Assembly: GCF_002571385.2 (NCBI RefSeq)
Contig: NW_019218625.1
Coordinates: 1-64,000 of the forward strand
Source of the DNA: Stylophora pistillata
Lineage: Eukaryota
DNA: 64,000 nt
Direction: 5' to 3'
In this document: positions 49,401 through 63,060 of the stretch, piece after piece
Numbering within the stretch: the stretch's first letter is position 1
Layout: each line of letters begins with the position of its first letter
Made by a program: the position numbers and the translations under genes
The notes under the pieces: generated by a model
Told to the model about the DNA's origin: nothing
Database searches by the model: none
Seen by the model: only the letters and a program-made list of their open reading frames with translations

Positions 49401-52400
49401 TTTTGTTTGTTTGTTTGTTTGAGGAGGGAGGAGGGGTAGCCATCGCAATTCTCGGTGATCACTGCAACGTCAACGGGTGACCTCTATATGCTTTTCACGA
49501 CTATGTCCATTATCAACCCCCCCCCTCCCCCCCGCCTTCTTGCATTATTTGGGAATTTGATTAAGGGGGCACGCGTTTGCCTTGGTGTCTAACAAGCTTC
49601 TTTTTCTCTTCCCCCGCCACTTTGACACTTACCTTAAAATGTTCCTGTTTTAATCATTGTTATAGAATATATGTGCAATTTGCCACAAGATTGTGTGTGA
49701 ACGATTACCTAGATATGGAAATTGCAAATTTTACAGATCGCTGCGAGGGCGTGGTTTGTAAACTTGAAGAGAAGTGTGTTTATAACAGCCTCCAAGGGCC
49801 CAGATGCGTCTGCCGTAATAACGTGGACTGTCCTGCCGATTTACAACCCATATGTGGTTCTGATGCGAAAACCTATAACAATTACTGCATTATGAAGGCG
49901 ACTGCTTGTCGAGAAGGCAAGGAGGTGGAGAAGGTCGCAGATAACTCATGTTCTCCTGGTATGTCTTCTTTCGTCTTGCTTCTTCTTTTTTTTTTTTTGA
50001 GGTTTCTTAATGCGTAGGCGACTATCATTCCCTAAAGCTGATGCTGGCTGAATAAAAAAACCCATAACTAATGCGCTTTTCTTTCTTAAGTTGTTTGTTT
50101 GTTTGTTTGTTTGTTTAAAGAAAAAAACATGTAACCTATGCACTAAGGTACTTGTACGTTACATGATCCTTTAGAATGGTTGTGGCAAAAAACAGTGATA
50201 ATAGATAACGGGGCAATCATCATGTTAATTTGGAATGTTGTGGGTAGTTTATTTCTGAAACTCCAGTCATTGTAACAGGTCAAAAACTAATGACAGATTA
50301 TTAACCGCCTCCCGGTTAGCATAATGGATAGAGCGCTGGACTGTTGTGCGGGAGGTCGAGGGTTCGAGCCCCGGCCGGACCAACACTCAGGGTCTTAAAA
50401 TAATTTAGAAGAATTTGCTGCCTTTCTATAACATCAAGAAATGGTTAGATATTCTAGTTTTCTCGGATAGGGACGAATAAATGGAGGTCCCGTCTCCTGC
50501 AAGGTTGGAGTAGGAGACGTTAATTTACAGGGCCATGTATTAGAAAACTGGTTACTGGGTTAATCATGTATTTACCCTCTTAAAATAAAGAACATTGTAT
50601 TGTATTGTATTGTATTGTATTGTATTGTATTAATCTGACGTGTTAACTCTACTTCTAAAATCAGGAGGAATTTGTCAGATAAACCCTGCAAGCAAATGCA
50701 GGGCTTACTTCAGAAATTTCTATTTCAACGTGACAAGCAATGTGTGTGAGCCAATCATTGCAGGTGGTTGTCACCCAAGTGGATGGAATGGTTTCCCTAC
50801 CATGGAAGACTGCAACCGTACTTGTTCTGGTAGGTGGAGTCTACAACATAACTAATTAAAGATTTTCGATCTTTGGGTTCAGGGACCGTTATTATTTATG
50901 GCCGGGAGGGGAAAGTGGGGCTGCTGGAGGATATTGGTTGTGTAACGATAAAATTTACTCGATCCACCTAAGGTTCTGTAACTTCCTTATGATCATCTCC
51001 CCCACCTCTTTCTTTGGAGTTAATTGGCAGTCGACTTTCTATAGTCCACCCATTACGCTCTGTTGACGACGACTGATCCCCGGCCCCTCCGTCCCTCCTG
51101 TAAACCATGTGATCCCCAAAATCTTCCACCAACCCCTCCCTCTCCCCACAGGGGATAAAGAATGCCTGGTCCTTAATTGCTTTTTGAGTTGTCATTGTTC
51201 GACTCGAGAAAAGAGCACTAAAAAATTGCTGAATGGTTTTTCAGTACAATTGTACTGCAAATGAATCGCTCTAAGTTACTATTTGATTTATTCAATGCTT
51301 TCAGTGGACGTATGTAGCCAGCCTACTGAACCAGGTCCGTGTACTAACACCACACATCGGTGGGCATTTAGCCCCAAAGCTGGTCGTTGTAAACGATTCA
51401 ACTATGGAGGCTGTTTTGGCAACGAAAATAACTTTGACAGCAAGGACAAATGCAATAAACGTTGTCCTCCTGTAAATACTGGTAAGGTGTTCCTCCCATT
51501 TGGTATTTTTGTCCCTCGTGATATTTGGACTGCTTCTCTCTTTTCCTTAGTGTGGTTTGTCGAAGTCAAGCAATGTAGTAGAATTTCCTGAGCCGAGCAC
51601 GAGCGAAATAGAAGGCCGTGATAGGCTGCGTAGTAATTAATCTTCTGCGCAAACGGGAAAAGCATGGTGGTGAGAAGAGTGTATTGAACAGGAGTCACGC
51701 GTACTTGTGATTTCAAATCGAACTCGAGCTGTGCGCTCGTTCAATTTTGAAATCATGTGTATGATTTCAGACCAAATTGCACTCCGCTCAGCGCAACCTA
51801 ACTATCATTGAGGTAAAACAGGCACTTGAGAAACCTTGCAGTATTTATTTTTTATTTTTTTTTTAATTACTGAGCATGATGAAATAATGCTGGTTTTTCT
51901 TAGATCGAGGGAACAAAGCCTGTCCAAGATGCGTTCAAAAGAGACTTCGTGAGGCATGCAAATCCAGTAGTATTGGTGAGTTGGCTTGTTGTCGACGAAC
52001 GCTTTCCATAGAATTAAATATTGATAAAAGTAAACTAAAAATTATAGCAATGATGATGATAATAATAAAACGAAAACCCCTTTGTCTCTGTATTTGGTCG
52101 CTGTAAAGGTCCCAAGCAGCCAGTTTCATTTTCACAAAAGCTCGCCGAAACCCTTTACGGTGGAGCTCCTTAACCCATAACAGCAAAACATGTTAAACAG
52201 AATCCCGGTCGCTAGACTGATAAAGTGCTCTCACTCATGATCATTTATTTTTTCTGTCTGGGCTGCGCTGCGAAACGTGCATTGGTCAACACCATCGAAC
52301 AAACTTACCTAGTTACCACTCTCTTAAATATTGATGTTTGTAGCAAGGTGTTTGGTAGGAATAAGATGACTGGAAGGATTAAGTTCGCTAAATTTCGGTG

Positions 52401-52904
52401 AGGAACCCATGTATAGTACGTTTATTACCCAGAGATTGCGACCACAACAAGAATAGATACTGATGGTCTTAGGGTCGACCATGTGCTGAAATTTTGCCTC
52501 GCGTGTTGTTTCCTTTCTCTTGTGTCTAAACTTTTTCTAAACAATTGTCTTTATTCGCAGCATTTGTAGGCAAAGTCGATAAGAAGTTGCCACATGATTC
52601 AGTCAAGAAACAAGCTCGTTATCAGGTCGTGATAAAGAACGTTCTCAGGAATACAGAGGGCTTTCCTACATTGGGAAGTGTTGTCGTCAATGTCCCTTAC
52701 AGTAGGTCACCAGACTGCCCCTGCCCTTCGCTACCCCAAGAAACGTTCTTTCTGATGGGAAATGTCGTGGTTGAACCAAAAGGCAACAATGCAAAAGTTG
52801 GCATAACAGTCACAAAGCCTGCAGTTGTGCAAAAATGGAGCCAAGAGATCCTTCAGAAAATGAATAAAAAATGCAAAGATTTGGATTATCGTGAACTACT
52901 CTAA
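43496..52904 (+). CDS. Gene W: secreted mosaic protein (~824 aa), signal peptide, 4 CCP, tandem-Tudor-like module, 2 CCP, follistatin/Kazal, 2 Kunitz, NTR (WFIKKN-like C-terminal half)
   Basis: 13 exons, all introns phase 1: 43496-43568, 44344-44517, 44814-44987, 45454-45627, 46229-46408, 47439-47801, 48321-48497, 49075-49254, 49737-49958 (10-Cys follistatin, PICGSDAKTYNNYC), 50665-50829 (Kunitz), 51305-51481 (Kunitz, FNYGGCFGNENNF), 51904-51975, 52561-52904 (NTR, CPRC...AC...AFVGKV...CPCP...W). 2475 nt, open frame. Confidence 0.88.
45872..46115 (+). mobile_element. Degenerate tRNA-derived SINE
   Basis: Head ggcggtgtagccgaatggttagggcactagactc is A-box-like and followed by a non-tRNA body. 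Confidence 0.5.
46449..47091. mobile_element. Kolobok-type fold-back MITE carrying the start of a THAP domain
   Basis: Preceded by TTAA; ~290-bp inverted arms (agtgcacctaaaccc... / ...ggggtttcggtgcact). The centre from 46723 reads MPTKCVAGGCSKVRNLEEGIALHTF. Confidence 0.75.
50307..50530 (+). mobile_element. tRNA-derived SINE followed by (ATTGT)n
   Basis: A box tagcataatgg and B box ggttcgagccc, then the same body as 36178-36330. Confidence 0.75.
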
Positions 52905-54216
52905 TCTTCCAAAGTTTTATGGACAAACCACCCTTTTTTAATGTCAATGAAATTGAAAACAAAGTAATTATAAGGAGGATTAGATATTGTGACAGCGACG
53001 GCGTGCTCAAAGAACACTTCCTAAATTAAAAACGTCATAGCTTGGCTTTAAACTCAGAGCATGTGTTTTATTCGGCGTGCGTTTGCTTTGCATTTGCTTA
53101 CTTGTGATAATTTTTTAAAAATAACGTTCGTCGCTTTTTTTTTTTTTGACTTGAGGAACTATGTGAACTGCGTTTTAGTTTAGTAGAGGCCAATATTTTA
53201 TTTTTAAAATAACTCGCTTTGAACCAAAAAGTCTCAAACTATATCAAGGGGGTTTTAGGTGTGTGGTTAATAAAATTTGCATTTTCAAAGAGAGTCTCTG
53301 TTGATTCTACGTGTAGTATTTTTTCCCATGTAAGATCAACCTAATAAACTAGACGTAATGATGGGCACTATCTTTTTTTCTTTTTTTTCTTTTCTTTTCT
53401 TTTATTTTTTTAACGCAGGCCTTGTGCTTGCCTTGTCGCGCCTAAAAACCACCGAGTGAATATGACGCAGTAGACTTTATCGGACATAATAAAGGAAGGT
53501 CTTGGGATGGGTCTCCGCCGCTGGAGAGGATCATTTCTTATTCAAACAAAGCTGCTACTCCAAGGTTTTTCTTTTCTTTCGCTGGGATCCATCTATTCGA
53601 AATTTGTTCCGTATGCTTTCTGTTTTGATTTTCTCTGGCTGTATGACAAGCCTCAATTGGTAACTTTTCATGGAGAGGCTTAGCAGGCAGGTCTTGTTGA
53701 TGTGGAACATGAAAAGCCTCAGCAAAAAACTTGCTTGCCGCTTTTTAGACAGCTTATTAGATAGGTCGCGTTGATGGAAAACAAGAAAAGCCACTTACCT
53801 GAAAGCTTACTTCCCGCAACAGTTCATTTCTATCGTGTGACTAACATGTGACCGAAGCGCGTGACCCTCAATGCGATTGGGACTTAGTCTTCATAAGCTC
53901 AAATACAAGGCGTGGACACTATCCCTGTTAGATTTTTATCATGTGACAGTCATGACGGTGTGATTCAGCGTTAATTTAAAGTCTGCCCACAAAATGTAGT
54001 TCTCAAACGTAACATCGAACGACGGAATAGTTTTGCGGAAGAAAAGCCCTTGCAACAGAAAGGAAAGCTGCAGCTTTCATAAAATTTTATGGCAAATATC
54101 AACTTTATATCACACATACAGTGAACTGTAACTTCACAAGAAAGATGTCGTGACGGTATTTTCCAGTCTTTCTCCAGGTTGTTTTTGCTTGTTTTTTTGG
54201 TCATTCATTTCACACT

Positions 54217-57200
54217 ATGAACGCTATCATCGCCTTGTGTCACTTCTGCGAATTTCATGGACCAAGCGTCTTGTTTTGTACTCAGGTAATCCTTGAAAAC
54301 GAAGTTGTATTTTTACTCCAGCACAGAATACAGGCTCAAAAGATTTGTTCAGTTGTTTCTTGTATGTTTCTGCACAGTAGATCGCTGTCGTCAAATGATA
54401 CCTTTACGTTTATTTTAATGGTTCAAAAAAGTTCTAAACCCTTCCATTCCCAGGAATGACCGATAAGTCATTCAATGGGTCATTTTGATTAGAAAACGTA
54501 ACAGAAAATTTATGAAACATCATTACTGACCTGATTTTGTCTCCAATATTCAAATTTTTTTCGTCTGGGAGATAAATTAAATTGTACGAAGGGTTGAAGA
54601 TTGTGCGCAGGAAACACGTGTAGCTAGCTGGCTTGGCTTTGCTGCTGAACCAGCCCAGTAAAGTTTACCAGCTACAACGTGAACTAATTGCTCCCATCTA
54701 TAATGTATTTTGAAGTCAAACTGTTAAATTCATTTCACTCGTGACAGAAATCACGATGATGTGTTTATGTACTTGTAAATGGAAACACTTTTAAGCTCTT
54801 AGGGCCAAAATGGTTTGATATTTTAGGTGGGACCCAAAAGATGCTCAGCTGATAAATAGTTAGATTACACAAATGGAAGTCATAAAGTCAGCTGCTTGAT
54901 GGTTCAGAGTAAAAATCATTGAAAGGCATGACTACCTAAACATATTTGTATTAATTTTGTGCACGATCCTTGCAGTAAAGAGCACTATTTAAGCAATAGT
55001 GAAGATCAAACCTGAAAAAAATTCAGGCCTGTTTGGAATTCGAACCACTGACCTCTGCGATACTAGTGCAGCGCGCTCTACCAATTGTGCTAACAAGCCA
55101 ACTGGGAGCAGGTCATCAAATAATTAAGTAGACATAAACCTGTGAGATGATAAATCAAACACAACGAATGTATGAGATTCATATATCTGAACTGCAGTTA
55201 TAGAAATGTATATATGCATGATCCTTGCAGTAAAGAGCACTTTTTAAGCAATAGTGAAGATCAGACCTCAAAAAATTCAGGCCTGTATGGGATTCGAACC
55301 ACTGAACTCTGTGACACTAGTGCAGCACTCTACCAATTGAGCTAACAAGCCAACTGGGAGCAGGTCATCAAGTTAATTCAACATAAACCCGTAAGGTGAT
55401 AAATCAAACACAACGAATATATGAAATTCATATATCTGAACTGTGGTTATAGAAACGTATTTGTGCACGATCCTCGCAGTAAAGAGCACTATTTAAGCAA
55501 TAGTGAAGATCAGACCTGAAAAAAAATTCAGGCCTGTATGGGATTTGAACCACTGACCTCTGTGATACTAGTGCAGCGCTCTACCAATTGAGCTAACAGG
55601 CCAACTGGGAGCAGGTCATCAAATTAATTCAACAAAAACCCATAAGATGATAAATCAAACACAACGATTATATGAAATTCATATATCTGAACTGCAGTTA
55701 TAGAAACATATTTGTGCACGATTGGCTTGTTAGCTCAATTGGTAGAGCGCTGCAGTAACACAGAGGTCAGTGGTTCGAATCCTGTATAGGCCCGAATTTT
55801 TTTTCAAGTCTGATCTTCACTTTAATTTACTTAAATAGTACTCTTTACTGTGGGTATCGTGCACAAATATGTTTCCATAACTGCAATTCAGATCTATGAA
55901 TTTCATGTATTCGTTGTTTGATTTATCTTCTTGTGGGTTTATGTCGAATTAATTTTTGATGACTTGCTCCTAGTTGGCTTGTTAGCTCAATTGGTAGAGT
56001 GCTGCACTAGTATGGCAGAGGTCAGTGGTTTGAATCCCATACAGGCCTAAATTTTTTTCAGGTCTGATCTTCACTATCGCTTAAATAGTGCTCTTTACTG
56101 CGAGGATCATGCACAAATATGTTTCTATAACCACAGGTAAGATATATGAATTTCATATATTCATTGACTATCTAAAGAAATAACTGAAATGCAAGAGTGT
56201 AGAATAAGAAAATTGTCTTTTTTTTTCTCTACTCACAGGCATTTCATTGCGAGGCTCATGACCCCTTAAAGGAAACCAATACCTCTGTTCTTGAGTGTGG
56301 AGCTTGCACCAAACGGTAATTGGAATGAATGGCATCTTTTTGTCTTTTTGAATTGTTTTTGTTTTTTTTTCGTTTGATGTGTGTGTTTTGAATTCATTGT
56401 CTTGTATTTTGTTATTTTTACATCTGTTAGACTTAAATATAAATGTGTGAACACACTGCTCGATTATCTAAAAATGCATTTGGGATCAGGTTGAGGACAG
56501 TATATTATAGATGAAAATCTGAACCAATCACGATGGAGTATCATGCTTTGTAGGGTGACATAAAAGACTATTAACGATGAACAGTCAATCGTGTTATTTG
56601 TCTGCCTTGTGGGAAAAGCTGTAATTACTTATTTGTTACAGAACTGTACAAGTCATGTACCTTGCCACTGAAACAACCTGTATTACAATATGTATGCAGG
56701 GATAGATATCTGATTCATTGCATTATCTTTTCCTCAGGAATTTTACAAGGTTTGGGTCAGATACTCCAGGATCAAGTACACAAGGATCGCGTGATGTCTG
56801 GGCATCATCCAGATCAAGCCAGTGTGAGGTATTAAACATCATGTCAGTGGATGGACATACAGATAACCTTTTGGATGTCATAACAAATTAAATGATCTTT
56901 GGGCAAATACATTTGCATCATTGACCAAGCTTGAGGTCAAGATGGCCAGATATTGGCAAAGTTCTTTTTTTTATTTTGCACTTTTATTAACAGAGGCAAA
57001 AAAACTAGTTAAAAAACAAGGCTTGTATCCAGCCATCTTGACTGAACAAGCTTCAGGTCAATGAAAGATTGTTATGTGGCAAAAATATTTAATTGCTTTA
57101 ATTTATAGGAATCAAGTTTGACTTTTTTTTTTCCTCTTTGAGTGCTAGAAATAAAGTCAGTTGTGATGCAGCCTGTTCATGTAAGTTTTCTTTGTTTTGA

Positions 57201-60200
57201 CTGTCTTCTGCTGCTCTCTGCGACTCCAAAGCTGACAATGTCTACAAATTATGAATTTTGCAAGTCTGCTCTATACAACTTTGCATGCAATCAAAGTGGT
57301 GAAGATGGGCCATTTACTCTAACACAGTGTTTGCTTCATGTTACCCTCAGACACTTTCTGCCACATGACAAAATCTATAATAATTGTATCTCTTCAAGCA
57401 CCCATGGGCTACCTAAGTGGGTAAGCTGGACCCATCCTGCCTGCTCAGGATTGCCCACCAGTACTTTGATCCTGTGCAAGAGAAAAAGTGCGTGGAGTGA
57501 ACTTACAAAGTTTGTAACTGTAACTTGAAACAATGAAGTCACAAAAAGCAGCAGAAGATAGTCAAAACACAGAAAATATAAATGATCCTCGTGGGTTTAT
57601 GTGTTACAAACATAGTTGGCTCTCTTTCCTGGCACTTGAAATAATCAAGTAATTCTTGATTCTTATTAAAGCAAAATTGTTTTGCTATATAATTATTAAT
57701 AATTTATATCCTTTATTGACCAAGCTTGTTCAGTCGAGATGGCTGTATATTGACTGAGTTCTTTTTTCGCGTTTTTATGGACCTAGACTTTGTCTCTGTC
57801 TACCATCTTGACCCCACAACTTGGTCATTAACACATAATTCGTTTTTCTAACATTACTGTTCTACTGTAGTCTAGTAGAGGCAACCTTTGACTGACCTGT
57901 GAACTTATCAACGAACTGTACAGTTGTCTGACTAAATGAAAAGGGGGCTGATGGATTTGATTAACTGCCTTATACTGACTTTCTATATACTGAATATTTC
58001 ACGGATGATCATGAGGGACTGGCTGACTCACTTAGTGACCTTCTGATAGGCTGACTAACCAATTGATTGTAAACTTCTGTAACTTAATTACTGCATTGTC
58101 AAGAAGTGATAGTCAGGCTTTTGATAACCCCAAGATCCCCCTGTCTAACGTACATCTAAGTGTAAATCCTGTTTTTATGCATTCTTAGGCTTGCAAGTCT
58201 TTAGATCACACCCATGCAGGATATATCAGTATAGATCATGAAGCACATATCAGTTACTATAGCAACAGATCACCCGAGCAGCCAGAGTTGTACAGTGTAG
58301 TAAGACAGGCTTGTGTTAGGAGGTAAGAACTAGCCTGTAGATAATTTTGATTGGAAGGTGGAGTATCTTCTTATTTTCTTTCCATGCTCTGTTCTATATT
58401 AAATACCACAATTAATAAATGCTGGGTTCTTGCTTGAGAGAAGGAAACAGCACAATTATTACTGTATGCCTAGGTTTCCATAATATTTCAGTGTAATTTA
58501 TCATTTGATCAATACTTTACACTGTAACAGCAGTATGTATAATCTACATGTATATTCTCCATACTGTTCTCTTAACATTTTCTTTGATACTCACAAGGAG
58601 AATTTGTCTTACAATCAAGACCTTCTTGATGTTATTTTGATTCACAGGTGAAACTGTTGGGTCAAAATAATTACATACTTATAGCCCTCTTGGGGTGAGA
58701 AGGGTCAAGAAAGTATTCATCTTGCTCAGTCATTCAATTTCCTGTGGAAAAGTGATTTGTAAATGAAATGTTAAGCTGGCACACATGCCTTGCGTTGTTC
58801 AACACAATACTGGTATGCCTACATGTGCATTCACTTTCTTTCCTTCACCAATGTTAAAGTTAGGCACATGCTAGACCCTGCCCTTCATTGCTGAGTCTCT
58901 GAGGCAGCTGCACCCATTCCCCCCTGATTTCCTTACTCCAGTTGATGCTACATTTCCTCAAAACCTTAGATCTACTTTTTAAAGTTTGTGGCTTTTGGAA
59001 ACAATAAAATAGTGCAAAGGCTCAGTCATTACAGCACATGAAAAAAAGGACAATGAAATTCTCAGAGTGGGACATGATCAAAAAAAGTCCTGAGTCATAC
59101 CAGGGCTTGACACTAAAAGTAGCCCACTAGCCACAGACTAGTAGAAATTCAGTTTTGACTAGTGGTTTTCAATTTCCACTAGCCAGTAATTTGGCTAGTA
59201 AACAGACTGAAATTGTCGTGACATATTCATCTAAGATGTCACTAGCCACTTGGCTAGTAAGTTTAAAAATTAGTTTCGAGCCCTGCACACCCTTCTCTCA
59301 ACCCTTTCACATCACATTGAAACTGTAATTTCTCTCTGTAGTTTGAGCTGCGAGGTGTGTCCAGGTCGTGAGGGTCCAATGTTTTTCGGAGAGGAGACAT
59401 CAGGCTATGTTTTCACTCACACCTTTTTTCTGAAGGATTCTCAATCAAGAGGATTCCAAAGATGGTATGTCAAACAGCAAGAAACAGAGTGCATGTGCTT
59501 CTAGAAATTATTAAAATGCCAAAAGCTGTGTGTATGGGAGGGGTTCAGAGATGTTTAATTATTAGTAGTACCTTTTTGCCTTATACATCAGTCTACAATG
59601 AAACATGGCATCCATGGAACATTGTGTGGAGAGATATCTGCATAACCATTTTACCATTTATTTAACAAAATGACAAAATTTTAGATAGAATGTTTGAAGC
59701 TCCTTGGTCATGATCATCATACAATAGGTTACCAGAAGGAGTGGAAATGGTCTTCTACTTTTACATATAGACACAATCCTTACTTTCACTTTTCTGTTTC
59801 TCCCAAGGTATAGCATAATTGCAGTTATGAAGGATCGCATTTATTTGGTGAATTCATGGCCATTCCTTGTGAGGTACAAAACAGTGCACAGTATTTGTAT
59901 TCTTGTTACAAGGAGGTTGTCTTTCCAACAATGCTGGCAGTGGAGATCACCTCTGGAGTTATCTCTCGTATTGCAGCATTTGCTGACTGAACAGTCCCAC
60001 TCTTGCATTCAAGTCTCTGTCACAGGCAGTAAGAACAAAAGTCATGGCAGAGGGGCGGGGAATGCTACATTTACATGCCTTGGGGAATGTATACTGCACA
60101 TGCAAAGACATGAATGATATGCTGATGACAAAAACAAACACAACTTCTCTGCAACAATGTTTACTTAAATTTACACTTATTTTCTCCAATAGTATGGTAC

Positions 60201-63016
60201 AATAAGTTAGTATTTAAGACTCAGCTGTTAGACCTCGAGTTCACACCTGTAGTCTAGGAACCCCTTTTGACCAACTATTGGTCAGTACCTTAACAGAGAT
60301 GTCACTGTCATTGTCACCATCTACATCAATGTCAATGTTATTATCATAATCAATGCCACTAGTGTACTGCCACTTTCACTGTCACTCTACATGTGACATT
60401 CACTGTCATGGTCACTTTCATTGTCATTGTCAACGTCAATGTGACTCTCATGCCATTGTTGCCATCACTGTATCTTTCTGACACTGATCCCTCTTAAAAT
60501 TACCTTCATTTTTGATTCATATACAGTACATCTGACTTTCAAAAGAATGATATGATGTTTAACAAAGAAAGTGTTTTTTTTTTTCCTTGTTCCAGCAATT
60601 TCAGAGAATTGATAGATGAATTACAGGCCAAGGTACTATATTTTGTATTGTCCTGTTTTACTGCAAAGATTTTCCTTACTTGTATTATCAGTAGCTCAGC
60701 TCAAACTACAGCTGTATTAACCCTAAATGTTCTGCAAATCTACCCACTGGATTATGATGTAATTAAGCCACAAATCAACTAACAAAATATTTATAAGATT
60801 TTTCATGCAGTTAACGTTTAGGCATCCTACAAAATGTGTGTTTAGTAGCTGATAAATTGTCCAACGTTACTGTATAGTGTAAATCTCCATAGAAAGCTTT
60901 ACTGTTATGTGTATGCCAACCATGTACATTTGAACAATTATGTGACATTACCCAGTTTTGTGTAACCAATCTTCTCTTATCATGCTAAATATAATTTCAG
61001 GCAAATGCAGTTTATGAAACAGAACATGCAGCAAGTATTCAGAAAGGGCAACATATTCAGCCTAGTGCAAATGGATTCCTTCAGCCTCCTGGTAATGCTA
61101 TGTTTTTATGACAAGTACATGTGAATTATCCAGAGATATATTTTTAGTCTAAACTTTATTCAGTTCTTTCCCCAGTTACTCTTTATTTTGTTTAACATAC
61201 ATGTAGTGTAAAGATTACTTTTGCAATACTTTTACTGTCCTTTTCATTATGATAAATAGATATTTTCAGAAGGCAGCGAGGAGGAAATAAAACTTACAGA
61301 GGGATTGCAGACATATTAGGAGATAAGGTATCAAATGCGTACAGGCTTTCTAAATAGCCAACAAGTTACAAATAGTGTCCTTTGTACACATTTGCTACTC
61401 AAATTTAAGAAAATGCCTTCTTTTTTTTCTTTCTGAACTGCTGAAAAGTCTTTTATTACTCTGTAAACATTTAGAGAAGATTTGCCCCAGGAAGGCAAGA
61501 TTGAGAGTTTTTTCATTAAGAGGAATCAATAAGAGGGCATAATACAAATCCCTGTTGGCCTTGGCTTGACTGCAGTACAGTATCCGCACCACTATTGTAA
61601 AGACATAGCTAATTTTTGATAATTCCTGATGACACTTTAACATTAATTTTATTTGTGTGTATTTTGATCTACCAAAGTTTGAAATGAGCCATTGGCTTAA
61701 CACCCATGATCCAAGAATTTAAAGTGTCTATACGGCCAACAAGGTTTTTATAGTTTTGTTATGTATTTAACATGTAAAATTAAAGTATTCTTAAATAAAA
61801 ATTGGATTCTGACGAGTCTTCGCCCTGAAATCGAGCTTTAAACTTTCTGCTTTGGCTATGCCTATTGAAGGTGACGGTGAGTCGGGGCAAAAAAGAGATT
61901 GGGTTCCAGAATGGGTCGTGACGTGAAGTCAGGAATGCGCCAAATCCCGCCAGTGGTTCATTTCAGTGTTTTCTTCAGTAAAGTAAAGAGTTTTCAGAGA
62001 CAAAAATATGCCCAATACATGTGTTGTAAAAGTACTGCGTTTGTCAAGCAAAGTAACAACATGACGCTCGAGACGCTCCTGGAGTGAAGTCACTCACCAC
62101 CAATCTTCCCTTACATGGTCAACTTCATTGTGCGTGGCCGAAGCGGGAACTTTAAAGCTTGATTTTAGGGTGAAGAGGCGTCTAAATCAAATTTTTTTTT
62201 AGAATACTTTATCACAGGTTAAAGAGACACCAAAACAACGAAAACCCTGTTGGCCGTATAGACACTTTACTAAATGTTTTAAGCAAGTCTATTAATTAAT
62301 ATCTCTTCCTAATTTAAAACAGGACTTGTTTGCTACTCTTCACCAACGGTTTTCATGGATGTTGAAAGCTTGTGGAAACAGAATAACTGAGAAGCTTCTA
62401 GAAGGACCACCAAGAGTATGTACCTTTGCATTTGCCTTCTGCGACAATAGTCAATTACAGTGATTAAAATTCTAATAATTATGCAGTGATCATTTTAGAC
62501 ATCATTTCATTTAGTTGTTGTTGTTGTTGTTGTTTTTTTCATGCTTGTGATTTTGTAAAGCACCATGAGCTCAGGATTTGAGTGCTATAGAAATAAAGTT
62601 ATTATGATGCAGTAAAAACGTCTGTATGCCATATACAATAAAAGCAACACGAGGTGCCGCAGCATAGCCCATGAGCTAATCAGGGGATAAAAATAATAGA
62701 AGCAAAATCTAACATAACTAAAAGCTAAACATCGTCATTATAAAACCTATTAAAAGCGATAATATATTATATGTTGTAGTTCAATTTTATCCTTGGTTCA
62801 AATTGTATTTTCCTTGTTTCAAACTCATTATCATACATTAACATGATTGAGAACAAAGGAAAATGAAATTTGAACCAAGTACTATAAAATTGAACTACAA
62901 CATATTAGATTGTCCTTCTTTCCAGAGTGCGCCTACAAGTTAAATTACCACAGTGACTTTAAAAGTGCACACAATATTTAGAGTTCCTGAGAGACACGCC
63001 TTCTGCATCTTATTTA

Positions 63017-63060
<44 letters not shown>

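Noticed and set aside
54957-56165. CRISPR array or functional tRNA cluster
   Set aside because: Eukaryotic intron, ~250-bp units without unique spacers, and the tRNA-like parts have broken stems.
57142-57528. 128-aa ORF in an FLCN intron
   Set aside because: No recognisable domain; it lies inside a repeat-like region flanked by inverted ttgaccaagctt motifs.
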